64,000 bases of DNA from Alphaproteobacteria bacterium (GTDB lineage: Bacteria; Pseudomonadota; Alphaproteobacteria; JBFXJJ01), in assembly GCA_050175015.1 (NCBI GenBank), contig JBFXJJ010000003.1, positions 1-64,000 of the forward strand, written 5' to 3'. This document shows, in pieces, positions 21,777 to 31,333 of the stretch (the stretch's first letter is position 1; the number at the start of each line of letters is the position of its first letter). The position numbers and the translations under genes are program-made. The notes under the pieces were generated by a model. It searched no databases. It was not told the DNA's origin and was given only the letters and a program-made list of their open reading frames with translations.

Positions 21777-21791
21777 ATTTTGAGAAAAATT

Positions 21792-23060
21792 ATGAGTGAA
21801 ATAGATATCAAAAATATAGTTTTAGATTTAGGAAAAAGAGCAAAAAAAGCTTCTAAAGAATTAGCCTTAGCTAAATCAGAAGTTAAGAATGCGGTTTTAA
21901 GAGAAGCCAGCAAAAACTTAATAGAAAGAGCTGATTTTATTCTTCAAGAAAACGCTAAAGATATAGTAAATGCAGAAAAAAAACAGTTGTCATCTTCAAT
22001 GAAGGACAGACTGCTGCTGACGAAGGAACGCATTAAATCTATGGCTGATGGTTTGCTTATCGTTGCCGATTTAGAAGATCCCGTCGGAAAAGTTCTTTTA
22101 TCTTTGGACAGGCCAAGCGGTATTAATATCACCAAAGTTTCAGTTCCTTTGGGTGTTATTGGAATTATATACGAGAGCAGACCAAACGTTACGGCTGATG
22201 CGGCAGCATTATGTTTGAAATCTGGCAATGCTTGCATCTTGAGAGGAGGCTCCGAAAGCTTCTTTTCTTCGAATGCTATTATGGAATCAATAAAAGATGC
22301 TTTAGAAAAGGCTGGGCTTACCACAGATTGTGCCTTGATGCTGCCTATAACGGATAGAGAAGCTGTTGGGGAAATGTTAAAGCTGGATAAATATATAGAT
22401 GTTATAATTCCAAGAGGCGGAAAATCTCTGATAGAAAGAATAACAAAAGAAAGTAAAATTCCTTTATTTAAGCATTTAGAAGGAATTTGTCATACCTATA
22501 TAAATTCTAAAGCTGACTTGGAAATGGCTAAAAAAGTTATTGTTAATGCCAAAATGAGAAGAACAGGCATCTGCAATGCAACGGAAACGATGCTGATAGA
22601 TAAGTCTATATTAAATTCGCATTTGATACCGATATTAGATGTTTTAATTGATGCCGGCTGTGTGATAAAAGGAGATAAACATATCACATCTTTAGATAAA
22701 AGAGCGGTTCCTGCGGTTGATGAAGATTGGGATACCGAATATTTAGATGCTATAATATCGGTTAAAGCTGTCGAAAACGTAGAAGAAGCAATCGCTCACA
22801 TTGCAAATCATAGCTCGGGGCATACTGAATCTATCATAACTGATGATATTAAAATTGCAGAAAAATTTTTAAACGAAGTTGACAGTGCGGTTGTAATGCA
22901 CAACGCTTCTACTCAGTTTTCTGATGGCGGAGAGTTTGGTATGGGAGCAGAAATTGGAATTTCGACAGGTAAATTGCACGCAAGAGGGCCTGTTGGGGTC
23001 GAACAGTTAACTAGCTTTAAATATCTTGTTAAAGGGCAAGGTGCAATAAGAAAAGGTTAG
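21792..23060 (+). CDS. proA: Gamma-glutamyl phosphate reductase
   Basis: VPLGVIGIIYESRPNVT, CNATET, NASTQFSDGGEFGMGAEIGIST. Confidence 0.97.
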   Translation: MSEIDIKNIVLDLGKRAKKASKELALAKSEVKNAVLREASKNLIERADFILQENAKDIVNAEKKQLSSSMKDRLLLTKERIKSMADGLLIVADLEDPVGKVLLSLDRPSGINITKVSVPLGVIGIIYESRPNVTADAAALCLKSGNACILRGGSESFFSSNAIMESIKDALEKAGLTTDCALMLPITDREAVGEMLKLDKYIDVIIPRGGKSLIERITKESKIPLFKHLEGICHTYINSKADLEMAKKVIVNAKMRRTGICNATETMLIDKSILNSHLIPILDVLIDAGCVIKGDKHITSLDKRAVPAVDEDWDTEYLDAIISVKAVENVEEAIAHIANHSSGHTESIITDDIKIAEKFLNEVDSAVVMHNASTQFSDGGEFGMGAEIGISTGKLHARGPVGVEQLTSFKYLVKGQGAIRKG

Positions 23061-23063
23061 ATT

Positions 23064-23678
23064 ATGGCTCTTAATTTTTTGACATCTCATTGGGGAGAAA
23101 ACAAAAATATGAAAATCGGCTTGCTTGGCGGATCTTTTAATCCTGCTCATAAAGGTCATATTTATATTAGTGAGATGGCGTTAAAAAAAATGAATCTTGA
23201 TGAAGTATGGTGGCTGGTTTCTCCTCAAAACCCCCTGAAATCATCTCAAGGAATGGCATCATTTGAACAACGGTATGATTATGCTAAAAAGATAATAACC
23301 AACTCTAAAATTAAAGTTTCAAATATAGAACAAGAATTAGGAACAAGGTATACTGTTGATACGATTTCAAGGTTAAAACAAATTTATAAAAGCTATAAAT
23401 TTGTATGGATTATGGGAGCAGATAATTTAGAACAAATTCCTAAATGGAAAAACTGGAAAAAGATTTTTAATTTAGTTCCCATTGCAGTTTTTGATAGAAA
23501 CCAATATTCTTTACGGATAAAATTTCTAAAAGCGGCAAAAACTTTTAAAAAACAAAAGATAGAGGGAGCAAAACTTTTTCGTTTATGTTATTTTAAAGCT
23601 CCAGCTTGGGGTTTTTTTAGAATAAAGAATAATCCATTATCATCAACCGATATTAGAAAAAACAACTTTCATTATTAA
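23064..23678 (+). CDS. nadD: Nicotinate-nucleotide adenylyltransferase
   Basis: GGSFNPAHKGH, WIMGADN, SSTDIR; synteny. Confidence 0.93.
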   Translation: MALNFLTSHWGENKNMKIGLLGGSFNPAHKGHIYISEMALKKMNLDEVWWLVSPQNPLKSSQGMASFEQRYDYAKKIITNSKIKVSNIEQELGTRYTVDTISRLKQIYKSYKFVWIMGADNLEQIPKWKNWKKIFNLVPIAVFDRNQYSLRIKFLKAAKTFKKQKIEGAKLFRLCYFKAPAWGFFRIKNNPLSSTDIRKNNFHY

Positions 23679-23700
23679 ATTTTTTTAAGGAGAGCAACTA

Positions 23701-24222
23701 TTGTCAGATACTAAAACATTAGACACAAAGAAAAAAGCAGTTAAACCTGCTAAAAAAACGTCAACAACCAAAACCGCAGCAGCAAAAAAAACAACAACAA
23801 AGACTGCAAGCAAGAAAACAGAAACGGTTAAGATTGTAAAAGCTGCTAAAAGTGTCAAAGCTATAAAATCAAATACCGAATTTGATTTATCTGTTGTTAT
23901 TAAAAGTAGTCTTGAAGATGGCAAGGCCGAAGACTTAGTTGTTATTGACTTAAAGGGCAAAACCAACATTGCTGATTATATGATTGTCGCTTCGGGAACA
24001 TCTAGCCGCCACGTTTTATCTTTGGCGGATAATTTGGTAACAAAATTAAAAAAATATAAAATAGTTCCTAGAGTTGAAGGCAAGCAGCAAGCTGACTGGG
24101 TTTTAATCGATGCCGGCAATATCATCGTTCATCTCTTCCGCCCTGAAGTAAGGCAATATTATAATCTTGAAAAAATGTGGAGTTTTGCTACAGACATCAG
24201 GAATGAAAGCTTGGTTGGTTAA
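23701..24222 (+). CDS. rsfS: Ribosome silencing factor with Lys/Thr/Ala-rich N-terminal extension
   Basis: KAED..IDL..IADYMIVASG.S.RHV, DWVLID, RQYYNLEKMW. Confidence 0.92.
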   Translation: MSDTKTLDTKKKAVKPAKKTSTTKTAAAKKTTTKTASKKTETVKIVKAAKSVKAIKSNTEFDLSVVIKSSLEDGKAEDLVVIDLKGKTNIADYMIVASGTSSRHVLSLADNLVTKLKKYKIVPRVEGKQQADWVLIDAGNIIVHLFRPEVRQYYNLEKMWSFATDIRNESLVG

Positions 24223-24683
24223 TGAAGGTTACTATTTGTGCAGTTGGCAAATTGAAAAGCAATGCGCCGGAAGTCGCAATTTTTGAAAAATATGCCAAGA
24301 TGCTGAAATGGGACGTAGAAGTAAAAGAAGTTCTTGAAGCTAAAAATTTACCATTAGAAAAGCTTATTGCAAATGAAGGTGAAAAACTTTTAAAAGTTAT
24401 TCCCAAAGATGCCTTTAAGGTTGTGCTTGATGAAACAGGAAAGATGCTTTCAAGTGTTGAATTTGCAGAGGAGATATCTAAAATCAGAGATCAAGGGAAA
24501 TCTGATATAGCTTTTTTGATAGGTGGCGCTAATGGTCATGCTGAAAGTATAGTTAAGGAAGCGGACTTAGTTTTATCATTGGGAAAAATGGTTTGGCCGC
24601 ATTTTTTAGTAAGACCAATGTTGATGGAACAGATTTATCGCGCTAAAACAATTATAGAGGGACATCCCTATCATAGGGATTAA
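24222..24683 (+). CDS. rlmH: 23S rRNA pseudouridine-1915 methyltransferase
   Basis: FLIGGANG, EQIYRA..I..GHPYHR. Confidence 0.95.
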   Translation: MKVTICAVGKLKSNAPEVAIFEKYAKMLKWDVEVKEVLEAKNLPLEKLIANEGEKLLKVIPKDAFKVVLDETGKMLSSVEFAEEISKIRDQGKSDIAFLIGGANGHAESIVKEADLVLSLGKMVWPHFLVRPMLMEQIYRAKTIIEGHPYHRD

Positions 24684-24705
24684 AAAAACAAAAGGGAATT
24701 TGATA

Positions 24706-26247
24706 ATGAGTGAAAAATTAGAAAAAAGACCAGTTATGTTATGTATTTTAGACGGCTGGGGTTACCGTGAAGCAAAAGAAGATAATGCAATAGCAATAGG
24801 AAATACACCAAACTGGGATAGGCTTTATACTTCTTGCCCAAAGAGTTTGATTGAAACTTCAGGTCTTGATGTTGGTCTTCCTGTTGGACAGATGGGTAAT
24901 TCTGAAGTTGGACATATGAACATTGGCGCTGGCCGAGTTGTAATGCAGGAGCTGCCTAAAATTGATGCGGCCGTTGCCGATGGCTCTATAGCTAAAACCG
25001 AAGCTTTAGTTGACTTAATTGCTAAGTTAAAAGAAACAAAAGGTTGTTGTCATCTTATGGGACTTATGTCTCCAGGCGGAGTTCACTCTCATCAGGAACA
25101 CTTCTTAGCAATGGCAAAAATTTTAGATGCGGCTGGAATAAAAGTTAAGATTCACGCTTTCCTTGATGGCAGAGATACGCCGCCAACATCTGCTAAAGAA
25201 TACGTTGAATGGTTTATGAACAATTCAAAAGATTTAGCAAATACAGAGTTTGCAACGGTTGCTGGGCGTTATTATGCTATGGATCGTGATAAACGCTGGG
25301 ATCGTGTCGAAAAAGCCTATAATGCTATGATGATGGCTGATGCTAAGCGTTTTGATTGTCCTATTTGTGCGATTGAAGAATCTTATAAAGAAGGCGTTAA
25401 TGATGAATTTGTTCTTCCTGTTGTTATTGGAGACTATCAGGGTATGAACGATGGCGATGGTGTCTTAATGGTTAATTTCCGTTCTGACCGTGCCAGAGAA
25501 ATCTTAAATGCGCTATGCAATAAAAGTTTTGACGGGTTTCCTCGTAAAAAACAGTCTAGTTTTGCAGCTCAAGTTGGAATGACAGAATATTCTGAAGAGC
25601 ATAGTAAATTTTTGAAAACAATGTTTCCACAACACTCTTTAGTTAATATTTTTGGAGAGATTGTTTCCAGATCTGGTCTAACTCAATTAAGAATAGCTGA
25701 AACCGAAAAATATGCTCACGTAACATTTTTCTTCAATGGCGGCGAAGAAAAAGAATTTGCTGGCGAAGAACGCATTCTTGTTCCAAGTCCTAAAGTTGCT
25801 ACTTACGATTTGCAACCAGAAATGTCGGTTTACGGCATTACAGAAAAATTAACGGAAGCTATTCGTTCTCAGAAATTTGATGTGATTATTGCTAATTTTG
25901 CCAATGGAGATATGGTTGGTCATACAGGTATTTTGGACGCAGCAGTTAAAGCTGTTGAGGCTGTCGATAAATGCTTAGGCGAAGTTGAAAACGCAATCAA
26001 AGAAGTTAATGGCGTTTTGTTGGTAACCGCAGATCACGGTAACTGTGAGCTTATGAAAGATCCTGTAACGGGCAAACCTCATACCGCTCATACGGTTGGT
26101 AAAGTTCCAGCTATTTTAATCAATGCTCCATCTTGGGTAAAAGGCATTAATGACGGCAGGCTCGCTGATTTAGCTCCAACTTTACTAGAATTTTTAAAAA
26201 TAGCCCAGCCTAGTGAAATGACAGGTAAATCTATTTTAAAAAAATAA
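24706..26247 (+). CDS. gpmI: 2,3-BPG-independent phosphoglycerate mutase
   Basis: LDGWG, QMGNSEVGH, AETEKYAHVTFF, DMVGHTG, TADHGN. Confidence 0.97.
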   Translation: MSEKLEKRPVMLCILDGWGYREAKEDNAIAIGNTPNWDRLYTSCPKSLIETSGLDVGLPVGQMGNSEVGHMNIGAGRVVMQELPKIDAAVADGSIAKTEALVDLIAKLKETKGCCHLMGLMSPGGVHSHQEHFLAMAKILDAAGIKVKIHAFLDGRDTPPTSAKEYVEWFMNNSKDLANTEFATVAGRYYAMDRDKRWDRVEKAYNAMMMADAKRFDCPICAIEESYKEGVNDEFVLPVVIGDYQGMNDGDGVLMVNFRSDRAREILNALCNKSFDGFPRKKQSSFAAQVGMTEYSEEHSKFLKTMFPQHSLVNIFGEIVSRSGLTQLRIAETEKYAHVTFFFNGGEEKEFAGEERILVPSPKVATYDLQPEMSVYGITEKLTEAIRSQKFDVIIANFANGDMVGHTGILDAAVKAVEAVDKCLGEVENAIKEVNGVLLVTADHGNCELMKDPVTGKPHTAHTVGKVPAILINAPSWVKGINDGRLADLAPTLLEFLKIAQPSEMTGKSILKK

Positions 26248-26268
26248 GTAAAAGATGGTAATTCTAAG

Positions 26269-27540
26269 GTGTTGTTATCAAAAATAAGCAAAAAGTATAA
26301 ATTTTTTAGCATCTTATTTTTAATGGTTGCTTTGCTTTTTTCGGCTATGCCATTGGCAGCTAAAGAAAGCAAAGCAAACAACACTCCAAGCAGTGAAGAT
26401 CTAGCTAAACTTGAAGAACAAGCTGCTGCTGAAAAAGAAGAAAGCAAAACACTGAAGAAAAAAGCAGAAAGTATCGGCAAAGAAATAAAAGAAACCCGCC
26501 AGAAAATGATTGGTGTCGCAAGAGAAATTCAAGGTCAGGAAGAAATTCTTTCTAATCTGGAAACAAAATTAGATTCATTAGAACAAGAGCAAAAAGATTT
26601 AATCACAAAGCTTACTAAAAATGATAAACGTTTAATTAAACTGATAGGAACGTTAGAAAGCTTAGCAATGAATCCTACCGAAACCATTATTGTTCAGCCT
26701 CTTGAGCCAATTGACATTATAAGAAGCATAGGTTTAATGAAGGATTCCATTCCTTCGATTGAAGCCTATGCCGACAGTATCAAAGATGATTTAAAGACCT
26801 TATCAAGCTTAAAAGCTATGATACAAGCTCAATACTCACGTATATCCTTTGTTAGAACCAATTTAGATATTGAACACGAAGAAATGCAAAAACTTCATAA
26901 ACAAAGGTTAGAACAGAAGAAGGCTACAGAAACAGAAGGAAAAAAAGCGGCTGCAAGGGCTAAAAAACTTGCTGAAAAGGCTGATGATTTAAGAGATCTT
27001 TTAAAAGTTTTAGAAGAAGAAAAAATAAAAAAAGAGAAAGAAAGACAAGCAGAGCTTGCAGCTAAAGCGGTCAAAGACAAAGAAAAAATTAAAATTAAAG
27101 AAAATCTAGCAAATAAAATTATTGATGATACAATAAGCTTTGCTAAGGCAAGAGGCAATTTGCCCTCTCCCGTAAGAGGAAAAATTGTTACTGTATATGG
27201 GGAAACTACCAAGTCAGGATCTCATGCCAGAGGCATTACAATAGAAACTAGAAGTAATGCTCAAGTTATTGCTCCTTTTGATGGGACTGTTTTGTTTGCA
27301 GGATCATTTAGGGGCTATGGGCAACTTTTGATAATAGAACATGGAGGAGGTTATCATACGTTGCTGGCAGGAATGAATCGTATTGATGTTAGCGTCAATC
27401 AAAGCCTGCTTGCCGGAGAACCTGTTGGTCTTATGTCTAAAGACAAAGCCCCAGACCTCTATTTAGAACTTAGGAAAGATGGACAGCCGATTAATCCTCT
27501 TCCTTGGCTCTCTCGTGGTAATAATGATGGGATAAGTTAG
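26269..27540 (+). CDS. envC: EnvC-like murein hydrolase activator (M23 domain)
   Basis: Signal peptide, coiled coil, degenerate M23 domain (YGQLLIIEHG, LYLELR..G.PINP). Confidence 0.85.
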   Translation: MLLSKISKKYKFFSILFLMVALLFSAMPLAAKESKANNTPSSEDLAKLEEQAAAEKEESKTLKKKAESIGKEIKETRQKMIGVAREIQGQEEILSNLETKLDSLEQEQKDLITKLTKNDKRLIKLIGTLESLAMNPTETIIVQPLEPIDIIRSIGLMKDSIPSIEAYADSIKDDLKTLSSLKAMIQAQYSRISFVRTNLDIEHEEMQKLHKQRLEQKKATETEGKKAAARAKKLAEKADDLRDLLKVLEEEKIKKEKERQAELAAKAVKDKEKIKIKENLANKIIDDTISFAKARGNLPSPVRGKIVTVYGETTKSGSHARGITIETRSNAQVIAPFDGTVLFAGSFRGYGQLLIIEHGGGYHTLLAGMNRIDVSVNQSLLAGEPVGLMSKDKAPDLYLELRKDGQPINPLPWLSRGNNDGIS

Positions 27541-27542
27541 TA

Positions 27543-28820
27543 ATGAAGAAAATATTTTTAGCCTTAGTTTTTACGTCTTTTTTATTTAATGCAAACGCTT
27601 TTGCCGAAACTGAAAAGACCGAAGAAATCTCTCTTGAGACATATAAATTGCTCAATCTTTTTGGTGATGTTTTTGAAAGAGTCCGCAAGGATTATGTTGA
27701 TGAAGTAACCGATAAAAAGTTGGTAGAACAAGCCTTAAATGGTATGCTATCATCTTTGGATCCCCATTCTGGATACTTGGACGCTGACGGTTTCAAAGAT
27801 ATGCAGACACAGACCAGCGGTCAGTTTGGCGGTCTTGGCATTGAAGTTACTCTGGAAAACGGTTGGGTTAAAGTTGTTTCTCCTATGGACGATACTCCCG
27901 CATATAAAGCAGGTTTGCAGCCTGGTGATTTCATTACTCATTTAAATGGCGAGAACGTTATGGGTATGACCCTTATGGATGCCGTTAAAATAATGCGGGG
28001 CAAGCCTAAAACCAAAATTAAACTAACAATTAGAAGAGGAACTAAATCTCCTTTTGATGTAACGCTTGTTAGAGATATTATCCGTTTAAAATCAGTCAAA
28101 TATGAAATAGAACGCAATAACTTGGGCTATATCCGCATAACATCATTTAATGAAAGCACAGAAAAAAATGTCAAAGAAGCTGTTGCTAAAATTCAGGAAA
28201 AAGTCGGCAAAGATTTAAAAGGGTATGTTATTGATTTAAGAAACAATCCTGGAGGTCTTTTAGATCAGGCCATCAGCGTAAGTGACCTTTTCTTAAACAA
28301 AGGAGAAATAGTTTCGACAAGAGCTAGAAATGAAAAAGATACCCAAAGATTCAACGCTGTTGATGGTGATATTGCTAATGGCTTGCCCATTGTTGTTTTG
28401 ATTAACGAAGGTTCAGCCTCAGCCGCAGAAATTGTGTCAGGTGCTTTGCAAGATCACAAACGTGCGGTGCTTGTTGGCGTAACAACTTTTGGCAAGGGTT
28501 CTGTTCAAACGATTATTCCAATTCCAGATCACGGTGCAATAAGATTAACAACAGCTCGTTATTATACTCCGTCAGGACGCTCAATTCAGGCTAAAGGAAT
28601 TGTTCCTGATATTGAAATAAAACAAGCGGAAATTAAGCTTGTTGAAACATATAGTTATGGAGAATCTGAACTTCATAACGCTTTAGTTAATGAACAGTCT
28701 TCTGAAAAAGCTGATTCTAAAAAAGAAGAAAAAGAAGAAAAAAGTGACTACCAGCTTGAAAGAGCTTTAGACATTCTTCAAGGGCTAGTTATTTATTCTG
28801 AAAGCAAAGCTGATCTTTAA
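27543..28820 (+). CDS. ctpA: S41 carboxyl-terminal protease
   Basis: LDPHS, PDZ FGGLGIEV, DLRNNPGGLL, SASAAEI, GKGSVQ. Confidence 0.95.
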   Translation: MKKIFLALVFTSFLFNANAFAETEKTEEISLETYKLLNLFGDVFERVRKDYVDEVTDKKLVEQALNGMLSSLDPHSGYLDADGFKDMQTQTSGQFGGLGIEVTLENGWVKVVSPMDDTPAYKAGLQPGDFITHLNGENVMGMTLMDAVKIMRGKPKTKIKLTIRRGTKSPFDVTLVRDIIRLKSVKYEIERNNLGYIRITSFNESTEKNVKEAVAKIQEKVGKDLKGYVIDLRNNPGGLLDQAISVSDLFLNKGEIVSTRARNEKDTQRFNAVDGDIANGLPIVVLINEGSASAAEIVSGALQDHKRAVLVGVTTFGKGSVQTIIPIPDHGAIRLTTARYYTPSGRSIQAKGIVPDIEIKQAEIKLVETYSYGESELHNALVNEQSSEKADSKKEEKEEKSDYQLERALDILQGLVIYSESKADL

Positions 28821-28841
28821 TTTAAAAAATGAGGATTAACA

Positions 28842-30857
28842 TTGTCAGAAGATTTGGACAATCAGGAAGAAGGAGCTGAAAGTAGCGACAATCAGGCTAA
28901 CCCTAGTCTGAAAGGTCGTGCTTTCGGCCTTATTTCTGGTTTGAAAAATAAAATTCCTTTTTTAAAGAAAAAAGAAGGTGCTAAAAATTTTGATTTATCT
29001 TCAGAAGGATCATTATTAGAAAATATTGAGGCTGAAGAAGCAAACGAGGCTAAAGCTAAATTTCGCAAAAAAATTATCGGCTTTGGTGTTTTGCTTGCTA
29101 TTTTGCTTATCTTAATTCTTTCCTTATTTTCTTGTGTTTTTAGTGGGGATTCAGAAGATGGCGGTTTGTTGGCATTCTTGAAAAAAGATAAAAAGTTTGC
29201 ATACTTTGATAGAGAAATACCATATGTACTTATGCCTATGCCTCGAGACAAAGAAGAAGATGCTTTTCTAGAGCAAAAGCCAGAAGAAATTTTAGAGGAT
29301 TTTCCAGAAGTTTTTAAAGCGTTAAAAACAATCGAGCATAATCAAAGTCTTTTAGATAAAAAAAATGAAAAGAGAGATGTTAAAGATGAAGATGCTGAAA
29401 TTAGTATGCTGGATAAGGTAATTAAAGAGGCTAAACTTATAAAAGAAGATATTTTAGAAGAAAAAAAAGCTCAAAATAAAGGCGATATTAAATCTCAAGA
29501 TGAGGCTAACAAAAACATTATAGAAGAAAACAGCGGCAAGGTTTCTAAAGCAGAAATTATGAGCTTTAATGCGCCAAAATTAGATGAGTCTCCAGTAGAA
29601 GAAAAAAAAACCGTAACAACAGAAAATGAACAAGAAGAAAATATATCTCAAAAAGTTGATGCACCTAAAGAAGATGCTTTATCTATAAGTAAAAAAGAGG
29701 CTCAAAAATCTAAAGAACCAGAGATGCAGGATCCGCCGCAAGATTTTTCAAAAAATGAAGCAAAAAATGTTTTAGAAAAGACGGTAAAAAACGAGGCTAA
29801 AAACACGATCGAACATACAGAAAAGAATGTTGTAGAAACCACAGATAAATCTAAAGAAAATACGGTCACAGATAGTTGTGAAGAGCAAAAAAAGAAGAGT
29901 AAAGAAGATATAAAAATTATTGAATCCAGCCTTCCAGATTATAAACAGCCATTATCACCATTAAGAAATCACGAAGAAAACGTTTTATTAAAAACGCCTA
30001 GCGTAAAATCAATAACTATTCCCGATGATCCTATAGCTCCTATTCTTCCTATAATTGAAGCTCAGTCTGAATATTTAGAAAAAAAAGGGAATAAATATTA
30101 TCCTAAACCATCTGATAAGGGCATAAGTCCTTGGCAGGCATATGCTGGTCCCTTTACTACCAAATCAGGATATTACCCTGTTGCGGTTATTATTTCAGGA
30201 TTAGGGCTTGATGATTTAGTTACAGATGTTGCTATTAAGGGATTTCCTCCAGAAGTTACGCTTGCGTTTTCTCCTTATGACCGTAAGCTTAGCGAACATA
30301 TTAAGCAGTCAAGATTTTTTGGGCATGAAGTTTTAATTGAACTTCCAATGGAACCTTACAACTATCCTCTATCAGATATGGGGCCAAAATCCCTGCTTAC
30401 TATTTTGACACCACCCGATAATATCTCAAGACTAGAGAAACTTTTAGCTACTGATGGGGCTTATTCTGGCTTTCTAGGTTCTGCAGATACCGTTTTTGGT
30501 TCTTCTCCCATTCATATGAGACCTATTTTAGAGAGAATAAAAAAGAGTGGTTTAATTTATGTTGATAATACCAATGGTAAAGGTATCTTGCCTAACAGAG
30601 ATACTAAAGTTCCTATGAAAATAGTTGATTTAAATATTGATAGAAACGATTTTGCTCTTACGGTTGATGCTAAATTAGAACATTTTGAAAAACTTGCTGA
30701 ATACCGAGGGCAAGCGTTGGCAATCGTCCCTCCTAATCAGGTGACTTTGTTAAAACTGATGGATTGGATTAAAACTTTTTATAACGTAATTCCTGCAGAA
30801 AAAGAAATTCCTCAACCCTATGTTTTAGCACCAATTTCAGCAATTGTTACGGAGTAA
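28842..30857 (+). CDS. Divergent polysaccharide deacetylase family protein with long charged linker
   Basis: TM helix, E/K-rich linker, C-terminal PPEVTLAFSPY and GHEVLIELPMEP; usual position after ctpA. Confidence 0.8.
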   Translation: MSEDLDNQEEGAESSDNQANPSLKGRAFGLISGLKNKIPFLKKKEGAKNFDLSSEGSLLENIEAEEANEAKAKFRKKIIGFGVLLAILLILILSLFSCVFSGDSEDGGLLAFLKKDKKFAYFDREIPYVLMPMPRDKEEDAFLEQKPEEILEDFPEVFKALKTIEHNQSLLDKKNEKRDVKDEDAEISMLDKVIKEAKLIKEDILEEKKAQNKGDIKSQDEANKNIIEENSGKVSKAEIMSFNAPKLDESPVEEKKTVTTENEQEENISQKVDAPKEDALSISKKEAQKSKEPEMQDPPQDFSKNEAKNVLEKTVKNEAKNTIEHTEKNVVETTDKSKENTVTDSCEEQKKKSKEDIKIIESSLPDYKQPLSPLRNHEENVLLKTPSVKSITIPDDPIAPILPIIEAQSEYLEKKGNKYYPKPSDKGISPWQAYAGPFTTKSGYYPVAVIISGLGLDDLVTDVAIKGFPPEVTLAFSPYDRKLSEHIKQSRFFGHEVLIELPMEPYNYPLSDMGPKSLLTILTPPDNISRLEKLLATDGAYSGFLGSADTVFGSSPIHMRPILERIKKSGLIYVDNTNGKGILPNRDTKVPMKIVDLNIDRNDFALTVDAKLEHFEKLAEYRGQALAIVPPNQVTLLKLMDWIKTFYNVIPAEKEIPQPYVLAPISAIVTE

Positions 30858-30859
30858 TT

Positions 30860-31333
30860 ATGACAGAAATGTACCGTGTTAACATTGGAATAATGTTGGT
30901 AAACAACGAAGGCAAAGTATTTGTTGGCAAACGAGTTGATACTTCAAACGCTGCATGGCAGATGCCGCAAGGAGGAGTAGACGAAGGTGAAGAGCCAGAA
31001 ACAGCCTTATTTAGAGAAATGTATGAAGAAGTTGGCATAGAAAAAGACAAGGTCGCTCTTATTTCGATTGCAGATGAATGGCTGAGTTATGATTTTCCTC
31101 AAGATGTTAGAACCAAGCTTTGGGAAGGGAATTATAAGGGGCAAAAGCAAAAATGGTTTTTATTACATTTCATTGGAAATGACAGAGATATTAATCTTAA
31201 TACCAGTGAGAAACCTGAATTTTGTGAATATAAGTGGGTAGATCCCAAAGAACTGCCAAGTCTTGCGGTAAGCTTTAAAAAAGATGTTTATCAAAGACTT
31301 TTAAACCTTTTTCAAGAAGATTTAGGTTTATAA
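30860..31333 (+). CDS. rppH: RNA pyrophosphohydrolase
   Basis: YRVNIGI, WQMPQGGVDEGE..A..REMYEEVG, GQKQKWF. Confidence 0.93.
   Translation: MTEMYRVNIGIMLVNNEGKVFVGKRVDTSNAAWQMPQGGVDEGEEPETALFREMYEEVGIEKDKVALISIADEWLSYDFPQDVRTKLWEGNYKGQKQKWFLLHFIGNDRDINLNTSEKPEFCEYKWVDPKELPSLAVSFKKDVYQRLLNLFQEDLGL

Noticed and set aside
29250-29940. Tandem repeat in the deacetylase-family linker
   Set aside because: Low-complexity E/K-rich coding sequence with only a loose KNEAKN duplication.
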